64,000 nt of DNA. Origin: an uncultured Verrucomicrobiae bacterium (GTDB lineage: Bacteria > Verrucomicrobiota > Verrucomicrobiia > Limisphaerales > Palsa-1400). This document shows positions 32,179 through 42,009 of this stretch, piece after piece (position 1 is the first letter of the stretch; every line of letters starts with the position of its first letter). The DNA lies in NCBI GenBank assembly GCA_963702845.1, contig OY969763.1:832001-896000 (forward strand), read 5' to 3'. A model generated the notes under the pieces. It was not told the DNA's origin and made no database searches. It saw nothing but the letters and a program-made list of their open reading frames with translations. The translations under genes were made by a program, and so were the position numbers.

Positions 32179-33672
32179 TCATTGCGCCTTTAGCCGAATA
32201 AAAAAGGTGGTGCCTCGGCCCGGTTCTGATTCGAGCCAAACTGTGCCGCCCATAACCTCGGCTGCTTTCTTCACAGTCGCCAAACCAAGGCCGCTGCCGG
32301 GGCGGTCTTTGTCGCTATGCAGCCGCTGAAATGCCTGGAAAACTTTCTCCCGGTTTTCGGGGGCGATTCCGATGCCGTTGTCAGAAACCGAAACGACAAC
32401 TTCACTGCCCTCGCGTCGGCTACCCACTTGTAACATCAAAGGAACATCGCGGTGTCTGTAATTGATCGCGTTCTGAAATAGATTGGTGAATATCTGGACT
32501 AGCAAAGTTGGGTTGCCTTGAACGCTGGGAAGATCTTCGGGAATTTCGAGGGTCCCGCCGATTTCATTTAAATGCCGATCAAAATCGCCACGAAATTGAT
32601 GAATCAATTGGCTTAGCGATACCGCGCTTAATTTTACGGCTGCGCGTCCCGCCTGCGAGTATTGCAGGACGTCTTTGATCAGGCGTGACATGCGATCGCT
32701 GGCTTGAAGTATCCGCTCCACGAACTCTTCTCCTTCTCCAGCTATTTGAGCGGCATAATCTTCCTTTAAGGCCTCGGCGAATCCACGAATTGCGAACAAG
32801 GGCGACTGCAAATCATGCGACACGGAATAGGAAAAGGCCTCCAGTTCCTTGGTCCGTTCTTTGACGCGGCCTTCCAATTCGGCGTTGAGTTGGCGCAGCT
32901 TTTGTTCGGTGTTTTTCAGCTTCGAAATATCCACGCCGACGCCGATCACGCACCGTTTTCCATCAAAGATGATCCGTTTGCCATCAATCCAAAACGGAAT
33001 GCGCTCGCCGGATTTGGTAAGATATTCCACTTCCATTTCCTCGTACCCACCGGTTTTGATCAAGCGATCAAAGATGGCGCCAGCCGCTTCCTGTTGCTCG
33101 AGCGGAAGAAAAACATTACTGGTCAGGTGCGAAAACTCTTCAGAAGAATAGCCGGATATCAGTTCTGCGTTTCGATTCCATCGGAGGAGCTTGCCGGTTT
33201 CTTCGGTGACGTAAAAAACTCCCGGTAAACAGTCGATCAATGCATTTGAAAAATTCCGTTCCCGAAACAAAAGTTGGGTGTAATCGACTTGCTCGGTGAC
33301 ATCGCGACAGTAACCCACCCATCTACTGATGCTTCCATCTTTTTCGCGAACCGGGACGCCACGCGCGGCCAAGTGCCGCCATTTTCCATCCGCCCGACGA
33401 ATACGAAACTCGGTCTCATAAATGGAACTGGATGCAATGGCTTGGGACCGCTGTTGTTCCACTCGTTGTTGGTCTTCCGGATGCACGAAATTGAGCCAGC
33501 CCGATCCAAAAAGGTCGTCCGCAGTCTGGCCGGTAAACTCGCACAAAGACGGGTTGTCTTCGACGAAGTTGCCCATGGCATCTGTGGTCCAAAGGAATTC
33601 GGTAGGAAAATCACGCGAGGAATTGCGTTGTGCTCTTGCGAGTTCTTGCTCGAGGACTGCTGCCATAACCAT
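32179..33672 (-). CDS. Cytoplasmic PAS-PAS sensor histidine kinase
   Basis: Two PAS/PAC domains (VHPED, RIRRADGKWR), SHDLQSPL, DNGIGI, GSGLGL. Confidence 0.92.
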   Translation of the reverse strand: MVMAAVLEQELARAQRNSSRDFPTEFLWTTDAMGNFVEDNPSLCEFTGQTADDLFGSGWLNFVHPEDQQRVEQQRSQAIASSSIYETEFRIRRADGKWRHLAARGVPVREKDGSISRWVGYCRDVTEQVDYTQLLFRERNFSNALIDCLPGVFYVTEETGKLLRWNRNAELISGYSSEEFSHLTSNVFLPLEQQEAAGAIFDRLIKTGGYEEMEVEYLTKSGERIPFWIDGKRIIFDGKRCVIGVGVDISKLKNTEQKLRQLNAELEGRVKERTKELEAFSYSVSHDLQSPLFAIRGFAEALKEDYAAQIAGEGEEFVERILQASDRMSRLIKDVLQYSQAGRAAVKLSAVSLSQLIHQFRGDFDRHLNEIGGTLEIPEDLPSVQGNPTLLVQIFTNLFQNAINYRHRDVPLMLQVGSRREGSEVVVSVSDNGIGIAPENREKVFQAFQRLHSDKDRPGSGLGLATVKKAAEVMGGTVWLESEPGRGTTFFIRLKAQ

Positions 33673-33765
33673 TGTCTTTAAAAAGAACGTTCACTTTGAA
33701 CCTTCGGACGTCAATTGCTTCGAAATAGGGGCAGTCCTAAGAATTCCACCTTTCGGGTTGGTTTT

Positions 33766-34779
33766 TCAAAATGCTGCAATGCGTTGGATGACCCAGAACA
33801 TCGCCACCGTCCCGATGGCGTAAGGCGGAAAGAGCGGCAAGAGGCGCGCTGGCCGATTTGCGATCGACAAAAAAGCGAATTTTTCGAGGATGTTCCGGCC
33901 AAGGGCAATCAGTGACAGAACGATCCCGATGAACAGAAAGTGACCCGCCTCAACCCCGACGCTGAAAAACAGCAGTGCCGTCGGAATGTGACCTTGCGGT
34001 AGACCCGCTTCGCTAAGGCCGCTGGCAAACCCCAGACCGTGCATTAATCCGAAGGTGAACGCCACAAGCCACGGCGCACGCGTCGTAATGCCGGGGTGCC
34101 CTTGTCGGTCGCGCAGTATCTCGGCGGCAACGAATACAATGCTGAGCGCGATAACGGCTTCGACTGGTTTTTGTGGCACGTGGATGTACCCAAGCGTTGC
34201 CAGTGTCAGCGTGATGCTGTGTGAAATGGTGAAGGCCGTGACCGTTTTGACCAGGCGTAAACCGCCGCGTGTGATGATGAGGAGCGCGAGCACGAACAAG
34301 AGGTGATCTATACCAGTGAGAATATGCTCAACCCCAAGTACCGAGTAGGTCCGGGCGACTTCCAGCGTGCGCGGACCAGCCTCAACGAAAAACGAGGGAG
34401 CTGATGGAGTAAGGCGCGTCACTTGCGCTGAGCCGTCGAGGCGTTCCACACGCACGAGCACGTCAGTCATTGTCGAACTGAGACCGGTAATGTGAATTTT
34501 GCGGCCAGTCAGACCGCTCGGGCAACGGAAGTTCCAAACCTCAGTGAAGGCGTTGTTGGCCATCACCGCTCGCGGCACCGTGATGTTTGTGCAGCCCGCT
34601 GGCAGTTCTACGTAGAGTCCAAGGTGCAGACTCTCTCCGCGGCCCGGCACCTTCCATAGCGCTGCGTAGGTATCCGCTTCCGTCTGGCGCAATTCAAGAT
34701 AGGCGGGCCGCACCTCATGCGCTATCGCGCCGATCGAAAATGCCAGCCAAAGAAGCCATATGTATGAAACGTGCTTCAT
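33766..34779 (-). CDS. HupE/UreJ family membrane protein
   Basis: AHEVRPAYLEL, LGVEHILTGIDHLLFV, TAFTISHSITL, FGLMHGLGFA. Confidence 0.88.
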   Translation of the reverse strand: MKHVSYIWLLWLAFSIGAIAHEVRPAYLELRQTEADTYAALWKVPGRGESLHLGLYVELPAGCTNITVPRAVMANNAFTEVWNFRCPSGLTGRKIHITGLSSTMTDVLVRVERLDGSAQVTRLTPSAPSFFVEAGPRTLEVARTYSVLGVEHILTGIDHLLFVLALLIITRGGLRLVKTVTAFTISHSITLTLATLGYIHVPQKPVEAVIALSIVFVAAEILRDRQGHPGITTRAPWLVAFTFGLMHGLGFASGLSEAGLPQGHIPTALLFFSVGVEAGHFLFIGIVLSLIALGRNILEKFAFLSIANRPARLLPLFPPYAIGTVAMFWVIQRIAAF

Positions 34780-35657
34780 TTGACGGCATTTGCGGCAAGT
34801 TTGTTTGATGGCACTGCCGGCTCGAACTGTTCGACCGTCACGGTGTAACGCTTGAGGAGCGATTCATAAAACTTCTCGTTGGCGTCCAAGCGCCGAGCAT
34901 TTTCCCATTCGCGACGCACAGCTTCATGCACTTCCGCCAGTGCGGGAAGACGCGACTCTGTTCGTTCTGCCACAAACACCAAATGCTGGCCATAGCCGGA
35001 CTCGACCGGCCCGTGCCATTTGCCGGGCTCAAGCGTGCTCAATTGCGCGACAAACTTTTCGCCGAACTGTTTTGCAATCTCTCCAGCGGGCGCCGCCGTG
35101 GTTTGTTGCTCCAACAGGATCTCGTCGCCGAACCCCGTAACGTCTGCCTTGTCGTCGGCCTCGTTCAACTGCTGGAGTACTTGCGCCAGGTCGCGATCCA
35201 GAGTTTTGCCGTGCTTCTCGGGATTGAAATAGACCTGCCGGAACGTGAACATTTGCGGAATCCGGAAACTATCGGGATGCGCCTGCATGTAGACTGTCAA
35301 ATCGGCTTCCGATGGCTCGGTAACGTTACTAATGTCTTCAGAGACGAATTCCAGTTTTTGCCGCAGCCGGCGTCGAATGATCGTGTCGTCCTTGTCCAAA
35401 CCCAAAGCAATCGCCTCGCGGTAACAGACTTCTTCACGCACGCGATCTTTTATAAGTCCGGCCAATTCCTCCTCTGTTGGCGGACGCTGCCAGGCTCTGG
35501 AAAAACCAGCCACCAGATTTTCGATTTGACCTTGCGTGACGACGATCTTGTCCGGCTCATTGCTGCTGGCGCTCGCCGGCAACAATCTATAAGCAATAAA
35601 CACCGCCGCTCCCAACAGGACGAAATGCACCAGTGGTTCTTTCAATACACGCTTCAT
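34776..35657 (-). CDS. Parvulin-like peptidyl-prolyl isomerase family protein
   Basis: KEPLVHF, REEV.YREA.ALGLD..D.IIRRRL.QK, GPVESGYG.HLV; ATGA overlap with the DUF3604 stop. Confidence 0.85.
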   Translation of the reverse strand: MKRVLKEPLVHFVLLGAAVFIAYRLLPASASSNEPDKIVVTQGQIENLVAGFSRAWQRPPTEEELAGLIKDRVREEVCYREAIALGLDKDDTIIRRRLRQKLEFVSEDISNVTEPSEADLTVYMQAHPDSFRIPQMFTFRQVYFNPEKHGKTLDRDLAQVLQQLNEADDKADVTGFGDEILLEQQTTAAPAGEIAKQFGEKFVAQLSTLEPGKWHGPVESGYGQHLVFVAERTESRLPALAEVHEAVRREWENARRLDANEKFYESLLKRYTVTVEQFEPAVPSNKLAANAVK

Positions 35658-37567
35658 GGCGTGTACCAGATTGGGGATGTATAGGCGCGTTCTTGGATAG
35701 CCGTGGGACAATTCGTCGGAGGCTTGGTGCCGAAGAATTTTGCGTCATAGGTCGTCCATCGCGGCGTCGGAATCTCGATCACGCGAACGTAGTAGAAGGC
35801 AGGTTCCTTTGGGTTGAAACTCGGATCCTTCCAGTAACCCAGCAAGAGCGGCGTGCCTATGGTGTTTTTAAAAGTCGCATCCGGCACGTTCACGGTATTG
35901 CCGACGGGTGTCTTGCAGCGGCCGTCTTTGTCGATGGTGCGGCCACCGGACACGACGACGTCGTAGATCTGTTCGTGCGTTTCCCCGCCGGACTCCAGCC
36001 ACCCCTTGACGACTTGCACCCGGTCCAGGTTCGCGCCGTCGGGATCGCGCAGGGCGCGGATCATCAGAGTGAGAGCTTTCCCGTCCGGTGCGGTCCGCAG
36101 GTCGCCGCCCATTGGCACGCCTTTTTTATAACCGTATTTGGCGAAATCCTGACGCTCCACATCGTCCGAGACGAAATCCCAGCCCGCGAAAATCCGCACA
36201 ATCGGCCGGGTCCCTGTGGTCGCATACACTTCCTTGCGGGCCATCGCATCCCACAACGCCTCGCGTGTGTTGCCCGTCGCCCAAACCGCCGCCAGTCCCG
36301 AAGCGCTGGTCTGCCATGAATATTGTCGCTGGGCTGGATCCTTTGAAAGACGACCCGTGAGCACCTCGTCGAACCGGTCCGGCCTCGCAGACGGCTCCAT
36401 TGGCGTAGCTTTCCCGAAGAAATTGTCTTCTGTTGTCGTTGAAAGCGCAGTGTGTGAATCGGTTGACCCGATCATCCCGAATTTGAACGGATTTGCTCCG
36501 ATTTTCTCGTCGTACTTCAGCCCGCGTTTAAGCGCCTCGCGCGCGTACTCGCGCGGAAGCATATCCGGCGTGTGGACGGTAGGCCCGAAGCCACCCTTGT
36601 CCCATGTTTCGAAATCGGAGAATTCATCGTTTGGCGAGAGCCCCGGGTGTGTCTCCCCGTCGCCCTTCATCTGGGTGACTTCGTAGATTGGTTCCCAATG
36701 CATTCGGCGCAGCGCATAGTCGCGGTCAAGCGGTTTCTTCGTGGTCAACGTGACATCATCGAACATCAGTCCGCAGGACAGATTGCCGTTATGTGGGATG
36801 GCCAGTAATCGGCCGCCAGTCTTCTGCTCATACGCACCCATCCACTTCCATAAATCCTCGGGATCCTCCGTGTCATATTGCGAGATCGGCGTAATCTGAT
36901 CTGCCTTTGCCTTGCCGTCGCGGAAGATGACATTGCGGTGCAGATTGTTGCCGCTGGGACTCGATGTCCACTCAAAGCCAATGAACGCGGTGAACTTACC
37001 CGGGTCATTATATTTTTCGGCAAAGGTCGTGATGCGCTCCCACATTGATCGGACGATCGTATCAGCGCCTTTAAGCGGGTCCTGTCGTTTGAGCATCACT
37101 CCGCCCCACGCGTCATACGCCTTCCCGCCCTCGCCGTTCTTGACGAGTTCATGAACTTTGCGCCCGAATTCCGTTTTGAGCAGTTCGGGGTTGGACTCCG
37201 CAATCATAGGGGCGAGCCCAAGATTCTCCGAGTGGTCCGATACAACCAGAAAATCCAGCGGACGTTGTAAACGCGCACGGACACCGCTGCTCGAGGTGAC
37301 CTCCTCGCCGCGGGCAAATCGATAAGCCTCCTCCGGACCGAGCCGGCAGCCCATCATGCCTGCATCCGTTGAGTACGCGGTGTGCAGATGCGTATCGCCA
37401 AAATACACGCGATCGGCGCCCACATGCTCCAGGTATGGTGAATACTCCCGCTTGCCGAGCGTAACCTTGCTTGGGTCAACATCTACATCCTGGGCCACGC
37501 CGCACAACGACAGGCCTATAATAATTAGCGCTGTGAGTGTTCCCCGATTTAGCATGTTTGTCTTCAT
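35654..37567 (-). CDS. DUF3604 domain protein (PHP-like metallohydrolase)
   Basis: YFGDTHLHT.YS.DA, DFLVVSDHSE, NLHRNVIF, IPHNGN, GSTDSH, QERAYTSPIWY. Confidence 0.88.
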   Translation of the reverse strand: MKTNMLNRGTLTALIIIGLSLCGVAQDVDVDPSKVTLGKREYSPYLEHVGADRVYFGDTHLHTAYSTDAGMMGCRLGPEEAYRFARGEEVTSSSGVRARLQRPLDFLVVSDHSENLGLAPMIAESNPELLKTEFGRKVHELVKNGEGGKAYDAWGGVMLKRQDPLKGADTIVRSMWERITTFAEKYNDPGKFTAFIGFEWTSSPSGNNLHRNVIFRDGKAKADQITPISQYDTEDPEDLWKWMGAYEQKTGGRLLAIPHNGNLSCGLMFDDVTLTTKKPLDRDYALRRMHWEPIYEVTQMKGDGETHPGLSPNDEFSDFETWDKGGFGPTVHTPDMLPREYAREALKRGLKYDEKIGANPFKFGMIGSTDSHTALSTTTEDNFFGKATPMEPSARPDRFDEVLTGRLSKDPAQRQYSWQTSASGLAAVWATGNTREALWDAMARKEVYATTGTRPIVRIFAGWDFVSDDVERQDFAKYGYKKGVPMGGDLRTAPDGKALTLMIRALRDPDGANLDRVQVVKGWLESGGETHEQIYDVVVSGGRTIDKDGRCKTPVGNTVNVPDATFKNTIGTPLLLGYWKDPSFNPKEPAFYYVRVIEIPTPRWTTYDAKFFGTKPPTNCPTAIQERAYTSPIWYTP

Positions 37568-37591
37568 AGCATCGATTTGGTTCGATTCGAA

Positions 37592-38128
37592 TCAACCACT
37601 GGGTTGCGCCAATTCGTCGTCGCTTCTGCTGTGGAAGAACAGATTCCATATTTTGCCCTCACCCAGGACCCGGTTTGATTCCCTCAATGCAAAAAAAGGT
37701 ATGAAGGTAAAGAATACGACCAGGCAATTAGCGAGCAGTTCATACTTCCCTTTTCCGAGTAACTCGTTCGCTCCGCCGGCCAGTCCCTCATTGCGTAGAA
37801 GACCCCGCACTGTGTGTTCCAAAATGCTGAAGATCACCACCCATATTGTAAACGTGACAGTCCTGAAGAGAGTCGGAATTGCCAGCGGCTTATTCTTAAA
37901 TGGCTTTGTCAGGAAGAGATCGCCCACCAGAATGACTTTCGCCAAAATCAGTGCCTGGATTAGTGCGAAGCCATAGTTCAGGTATTCGATCTCGTATCCC
38001 GCCAGAATCAATCTTCGATACACAGTAAAGGCGCCGAAATAGACCGCGAGATACAGGACGGTCAGCCAGTAATCGATAAACTCGTGCCACAGCCTCTGCT
38101 TCCACGGTAGCTTTATCGGTGTTGGCAT
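37592..38128 (-). CDS. Hypothetical 4-TM membrane protein
   Basis: Four hydrophobic segments; co-oriented with the DUF3604 operon. Confidence 0.7.
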   Translation of the reverse strand: MPTPIKLPWKQRLWHEFIDYWLTVLYLAVYFGAFTVYRRLILAGYEIEYLNYGFALIQALILAKVILVGDLFLTKPFKNKPLAIPTLFRTVTFTIWVVIFSILEHTVRGLLRNEGLAGGANELLGKGKYELLANCLVVFFTFIPFFALRESNRVLGEGKIWNLFFHSRSDDELAQPSG

Positions 38129-38263
38129 TGTTCACTGATTAGCTACGCAGGTAAGTGAACGGGAACCGTCCCGGTGATTAGCCACGCGGTTACCCCCGAC
38201 CACACCCCGCCTGCATCGCAGCCAGCGCCCTTAGAATCGCCAGCCGCATCGAAGGCACAGCTC

Positions 38264-39100
38264 TTAGAATCGCCCGCCCAATTCGAGCAGCGGTCCCCCG
38301 AACGTCGCGTTGAAATTGAAGTTGTTCCTGTTGGCGATATCGAGGCTCAACCAGTGCCATCCGAGTCGTATATACGTGCTCTTCGAAGGTCGGAATTCAG
38401 CCGCCGGCGTTACTGCCCAGGTAAAATGATCACTCAGCACTCCAAAACCACCGGCGTCTCCTTTGACGTAGATGCCGAACCAACTAGCGAAATCCCACGT
38501 CCCAACAAGACCTATGGTTGGATCGCCATAAAACCTTGTCGTGGAGCGCGAAGCTGTCAATCCCGGGCTGCTGATGCTCAGGTGTGGATTCAAATATGCC
38601 ATCCGCGCACCGAGATAAGCGGTAAGGCTATAACACGGCTGTCTCACGAATTCATAACCAAGATCAATGTTTCCATAGAGTTGCTTAAACGTCAGCTCCG
38701 CAGTCGACCCCGGCGCGGAAAAGATTCCGCGCGATTCGAGATTCTCGGATGTTTTCATATAAGTCCCATCGACAGAGAAATAGAACCTGCTTTTGCGAAG
38801 TTCGATATTGAGGGGCGCGATAAAATCCAGCCGGTCTTTAAAGCTCGAAAAATCCTTATGGATATGCCCCTGCTCTTGTCCAACGGTGATGTCACCATTC
38901 AATCCCGGCCCCCACAGCGGTAGTCCGATCCGCATGTGAAGGTTGTCGTCCATGCTGTTCTCATTGTACGTGGTCGTTGCTGTCGTCGTCACTGCTGTAG
39001 CCTCCGCCGCGTTGAGCTGAAGACAGCTGAAACACGCCAACGCAAGAGCACAGCCCAGAAGCGGCGTTGACCATCCATTCTTTTCGTTTCCTGTTCTCAT
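38264..39100 (-). CDS. Hypothetical outer-membrane beta-barrel protein
   Basis: Signal peptide, amphipathic strands, GDAGGFG, terminal GPLLELGGRF. Confidence 0.7.
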   Translation of the reverse strand: MRTGNEKNGWSTPLLGCALALACFSCLQLNAAEATAVTTTATTTYNENSMDDNLHMRIGLPLWGPGLNGDITVGQEQGHIHKDFSSFKDRLDFIAPLNIELRKSRFYFSVDGTYMKTSENLESRGIFSAPGSTAELTFKQLYGNIDLGYEFVRQPCYSLTAYLGARMAYLNPHLSISSPGLTASRSTTRFYGDPTIGLVGTWDFASWFGIYVKGDAGGFGVLSDHFTWAVTPAAEFRPSKSTYIRLGWHWLSLDIANRNNFNFNATFGGPLLELGGRF

Positions 39101-39558
39101 AGTGGTTTTAATTTTTATTTCTTATTCCGCGATTTTCCCGGCGAAAGGTGCTGAATTATTCGCACTAACAAATCAAGCACGTGCTTTCCCCGCATTTCAA
39201 ATCCAAGGCAGTTGTTATGACCACGGACGGTAGCGAGCAACCGTTGTTCATGAACATCAGGAGGAACACGATAGGTTGGTCCCAGAATGTCGTAACGCCG
39301 TCTGGTCTTTTTCCCGAGGGGTGGTTTGCGGCTATGGCACGGAACGAACTGATTTGGCCTTTCTACGCGCCGCCCGCGCATATTGTTTCTGGGGCAATTA
39401 GCAAATCCTCCTAGCTGGCGATACGCAGGACTGCTGAAGAACCTTCGCATTAGTACTCTGACTATCTTCGGTATTTCCCAAGCTTTAATTTGGTCGGAGC
39501 AATCCGGAAAACAGCCACGCGTCAGGTTATGAGAATTTCAGCACAGAAGATTCGACAA

Positions 39559-41190
39559 ATGAGACATAAAACAAAAGAGCTCGTCCGACTGGCCATCGCT
39601 CTCTTTCTCGTGTTGGGGGCGTTTGCCGGGTCGGCTGCGGACAAAAAACCCAACATCCTCTTCATCATGGGGGATGACATCGGAATGTGGAATATCGGCG
39701 CTTACCATCGTGGCATGATGGCGGGTCGGACGCCGAACCTCGACCGGATGGCCAAGCAAGGCATGTTATTTACTGACTATTACGCGGAGGCAAGTTGCAC
39801 GGCGGGTCGTGCGAACTTCATCATGGGCGAGTTGCCCATCCGCACCGGCATGACTACGGTCGGCCAGGCGGGGGCCAAGATCGGCATTCCGGCGGAAGCG
39901 TGCACCATCGCTACCGCGCTCAAAGCGGAGGGCTACGCCACCGGGCAATTCGGCAAGAACCATCTCGGCGATCTCAACGAGTTCCTGCCGACGGTCCACG
40001 GGTTCGACGAGTTCTTCGGCTACTTATACCACTTGGACGCCATGGAAGATCCCGCGCATCCGAACTATCCGCAGAACCTGTTGGATAAGGTAGGTCCGCG
40101 CAACATGGTGCACTCTTGGGCCACCGATCAGGATGATCCCACCGAAATGCCGCGCTGGGGTAAGATCGGCAAGCAGAAGATCGAGGACGCCGGCACGCTT
40201 TATCCCGAGCGAATGAAGACCGTGGATAATGAGATTCGCGATCTTGCTTTGAAGTTCATTGAAAAATCCGCAGCGGATAACAAACCGTTCTTCGTCTGGC
40301 TCAATCCGACGCGCATGCACATCGTTACTCACCTCTCCGACCAGTACGAAAAGATGCGTAACTCGACGAACGGCTGGTCCGAAGAAGAAGCCGGCATGGC
40401 CCAGCTTGATGACGATGTTGGCCTCGTCCTGCAAAAGCTCAAGGACCTGGGAGTGGACGACAACACTATCGTCGTCTTCACGACCGACAACGGGACTGAA
40501 CTGTTTACCTGGCCTGATGGTGGAACGACGCCATTCGCGCAATCTAAAGGGACGGTGATGGAAGGCGGGTTCCGCGTTCCGTGCATTGCCCGCTGGCCCG
40601 GACATATCCCTGAAGATTCAGTCCAGAATGGCGTCTTCTCGGGCTTGGACTGGTTCCCGACGTTCCTTGCGGCAGCTGGCAATCCGAACATCATCGACCA
40701 GTTGCTTAAGGGTGTGAAGCTCGGCGACCGGACGTATAAGAACCATCTCGACGGTTACGACCAAACGGCCGCCATCACCGGCAAGGGGCCATCGACTCGC
40801 CATGAAATCTTCTATCTCGGTGAAAGTACGGTTGGGGCCGTGCGCATCGACGATTATAAATATCGGTTCATCGACCAACCGCGCGGCTGGTTGGGTGAGA
40901 AGACGCATGTGGATGTACCTTACTTGATCAATCTGCGCCTTGACCCGTTCGAGCGCCAAGGCTGGCCGAACGATGGGACTAAAGAAGGGGCACAGCAATA
41001 TTTCGATTGGTTCAAATTCCAGTTCTGGCGCTTTGTGTTCGTCCAGCAGGTGATGGGCAAGGAGCTCCAGACCTTCCTCGACTATCCGCCGATGCAAAAG
41101 GGCGCGAGTTTCAATCTCGACGCTGTCAAAGCGGAGATGGCGAAGAGGATGGCTGAAGCTGAGAAGGCGAGCAAAGGCAGTGGCCAGTAA
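39559..41190 (+). CDS. Arylsulfatase (Cys-type, CxAxR)
   Basis: KPNILFIMGDDIG, SCTAGRA, FGKNHLGD, TTDNG. Confidence 0.93.
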   Translation: MRHKTKELVRLAIALFLVLGAFAGSAADKKPNILFIMGDDIGMWNIGAYHRGMMAGRTPNLDRMAKQGMLFTDYYAEASCTAGRANFIMGELPIRTGMTTVGQAGAKIGIPAEACTIATALKAEGYATGQFGKNHLGDLNEFLPTVHGFDEFFGYLYHLDAMEDPAHPNYPQNLLDKVGPRNMVHSWATDQDDPTEMPRWGKIGKQKIEDAGTLYPERMKTVDNEIRDLALKFIEKSAADNKPFFVWLNPTRMHIVTHLSDQYEKMRNSTNGWSEEEAGMAQLDDDVGLVLQKLKDLGVDDNTIVVFTTDNGTELFTWPDGGTTPFAQSKGTVMEGGFRVPCIARWPGHIPEDSVQNGVFSGLDWFPTFLAAAGNPNIIDQLLKGVKLGDRTYKNHLDGYDQTAAITGKGPSTRHEIFYLGESTVGAVRIDDYKYRFIDQPRGWLGEKTHVDVPYLINLRLDPFERQGWPNDGTKEGAQQYFDWFKFQFWRFVFVQQVMGKELQTFLDYPPMQKGASFNLDAVKAEMAKRMAEAEKASKGSGQ

Positions 41191-41995
41191 CCGAAATGAT
41201 CTTCATGCCAGGCGGCTCGCAAGAGCCCCCGGTTGGAGTCGGAATATTGTGACGCAGCGGCGATACATAAGTTGGATTTCGTTGTTCTTATTGTGCCTGG
41301 CCACGCCAACGCATTTGCGCGCAGCGAACGATGACGTTTCCGACCAGTTTCGCTTCAACGTTTCGACCCATCACCTTATCACGAGCAACCTGACGGGATT
41401 TTTGCATCTTGGCTATTTCAACGATCCGGACCTTGGCGAGCGAACGTATCGGATAGGATGGCCCGGCGTGACATACTCTGCCAATCATTGGCTCCAACTT
41501 TCAGGCGGTCTACTCACGACCTACGAAGCCAACAGCGGTAGTTCTGATACACTCGAACTCCGTCCGTTCGCGGGGGTGAAGTTTTTCATCCCCAACGACT
41601 ATAAACTACACCTTTATAACTTGGTCCGATTTGAATTCCTCGATACGGAAACTATCACGACGCATCAATGGACCGGGTTCAACCGGATTCGAAGTCGTTT
41701 CGGAGTAGAGGTTCCGCTCAGTTCACGCGAACGTGCGTGGAAACCGAGGACATGGTATGTGCTTTCGGATGTCGAGCCGTTCTATCGGTTCGATAAGAAC
41801 ATTTTTGATCCTCTTCGCGTTCGAGGAGGAGGGGGCTACGTCATCAACTCGCATCTGAGTTGCGAGTTGGTTTATTGCGCACAGTTCACTGCTTCCACCG
41901 GTAGCTCGCTGGCTTTCACGGAGAACATCATCTTTTTGAATTTAAAAATCGGGTTGGCCAAGGGACTTCTTGAGCGCCTGTACAATCCCGATTAG
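41180..41995 (+). CDS. DUF2490-like outer-membrane protein
   Basis: Signal-like segment, ELRPF, R.R.R.G...P and R.R.G.GY strands; start uncertain. Confidence 0.55.
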   Translation: MASNRNDLHARRLARAPGWSRNIVTQRRYISWISLFLLCLATPTHLRAANDDVSDQFRFNVSTHHLITSNLTGFLHLGYFNDPDLGERTYRIGWPGVTYSANHWLQLSGGLLTTYEANSGSSDTLELRPFAGVKFFIPNDYKLHLYNLVRFEFLDTETITTHQWTGFNRIRSRFGVEVPLSSRERAWKPRTWYVLSDVEPFYRFDKNIFDPLRVRGGGGYVINSHLSCELVYCAQFTASTGSSLAFTENIIFLNLKIGLAKGLLERLYNPD

Positions 41996-42009
41996 GTCGA
42001 TTAAAACTT

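Noticed and set aside
38229..38274. 12-bp direct repeat CTTAGAATCGCC duplicating the stop region of 38264-39100
   Set aside because: Could be a target-site duplication, but only ~20 bp lie between the copies and no element is identifiable
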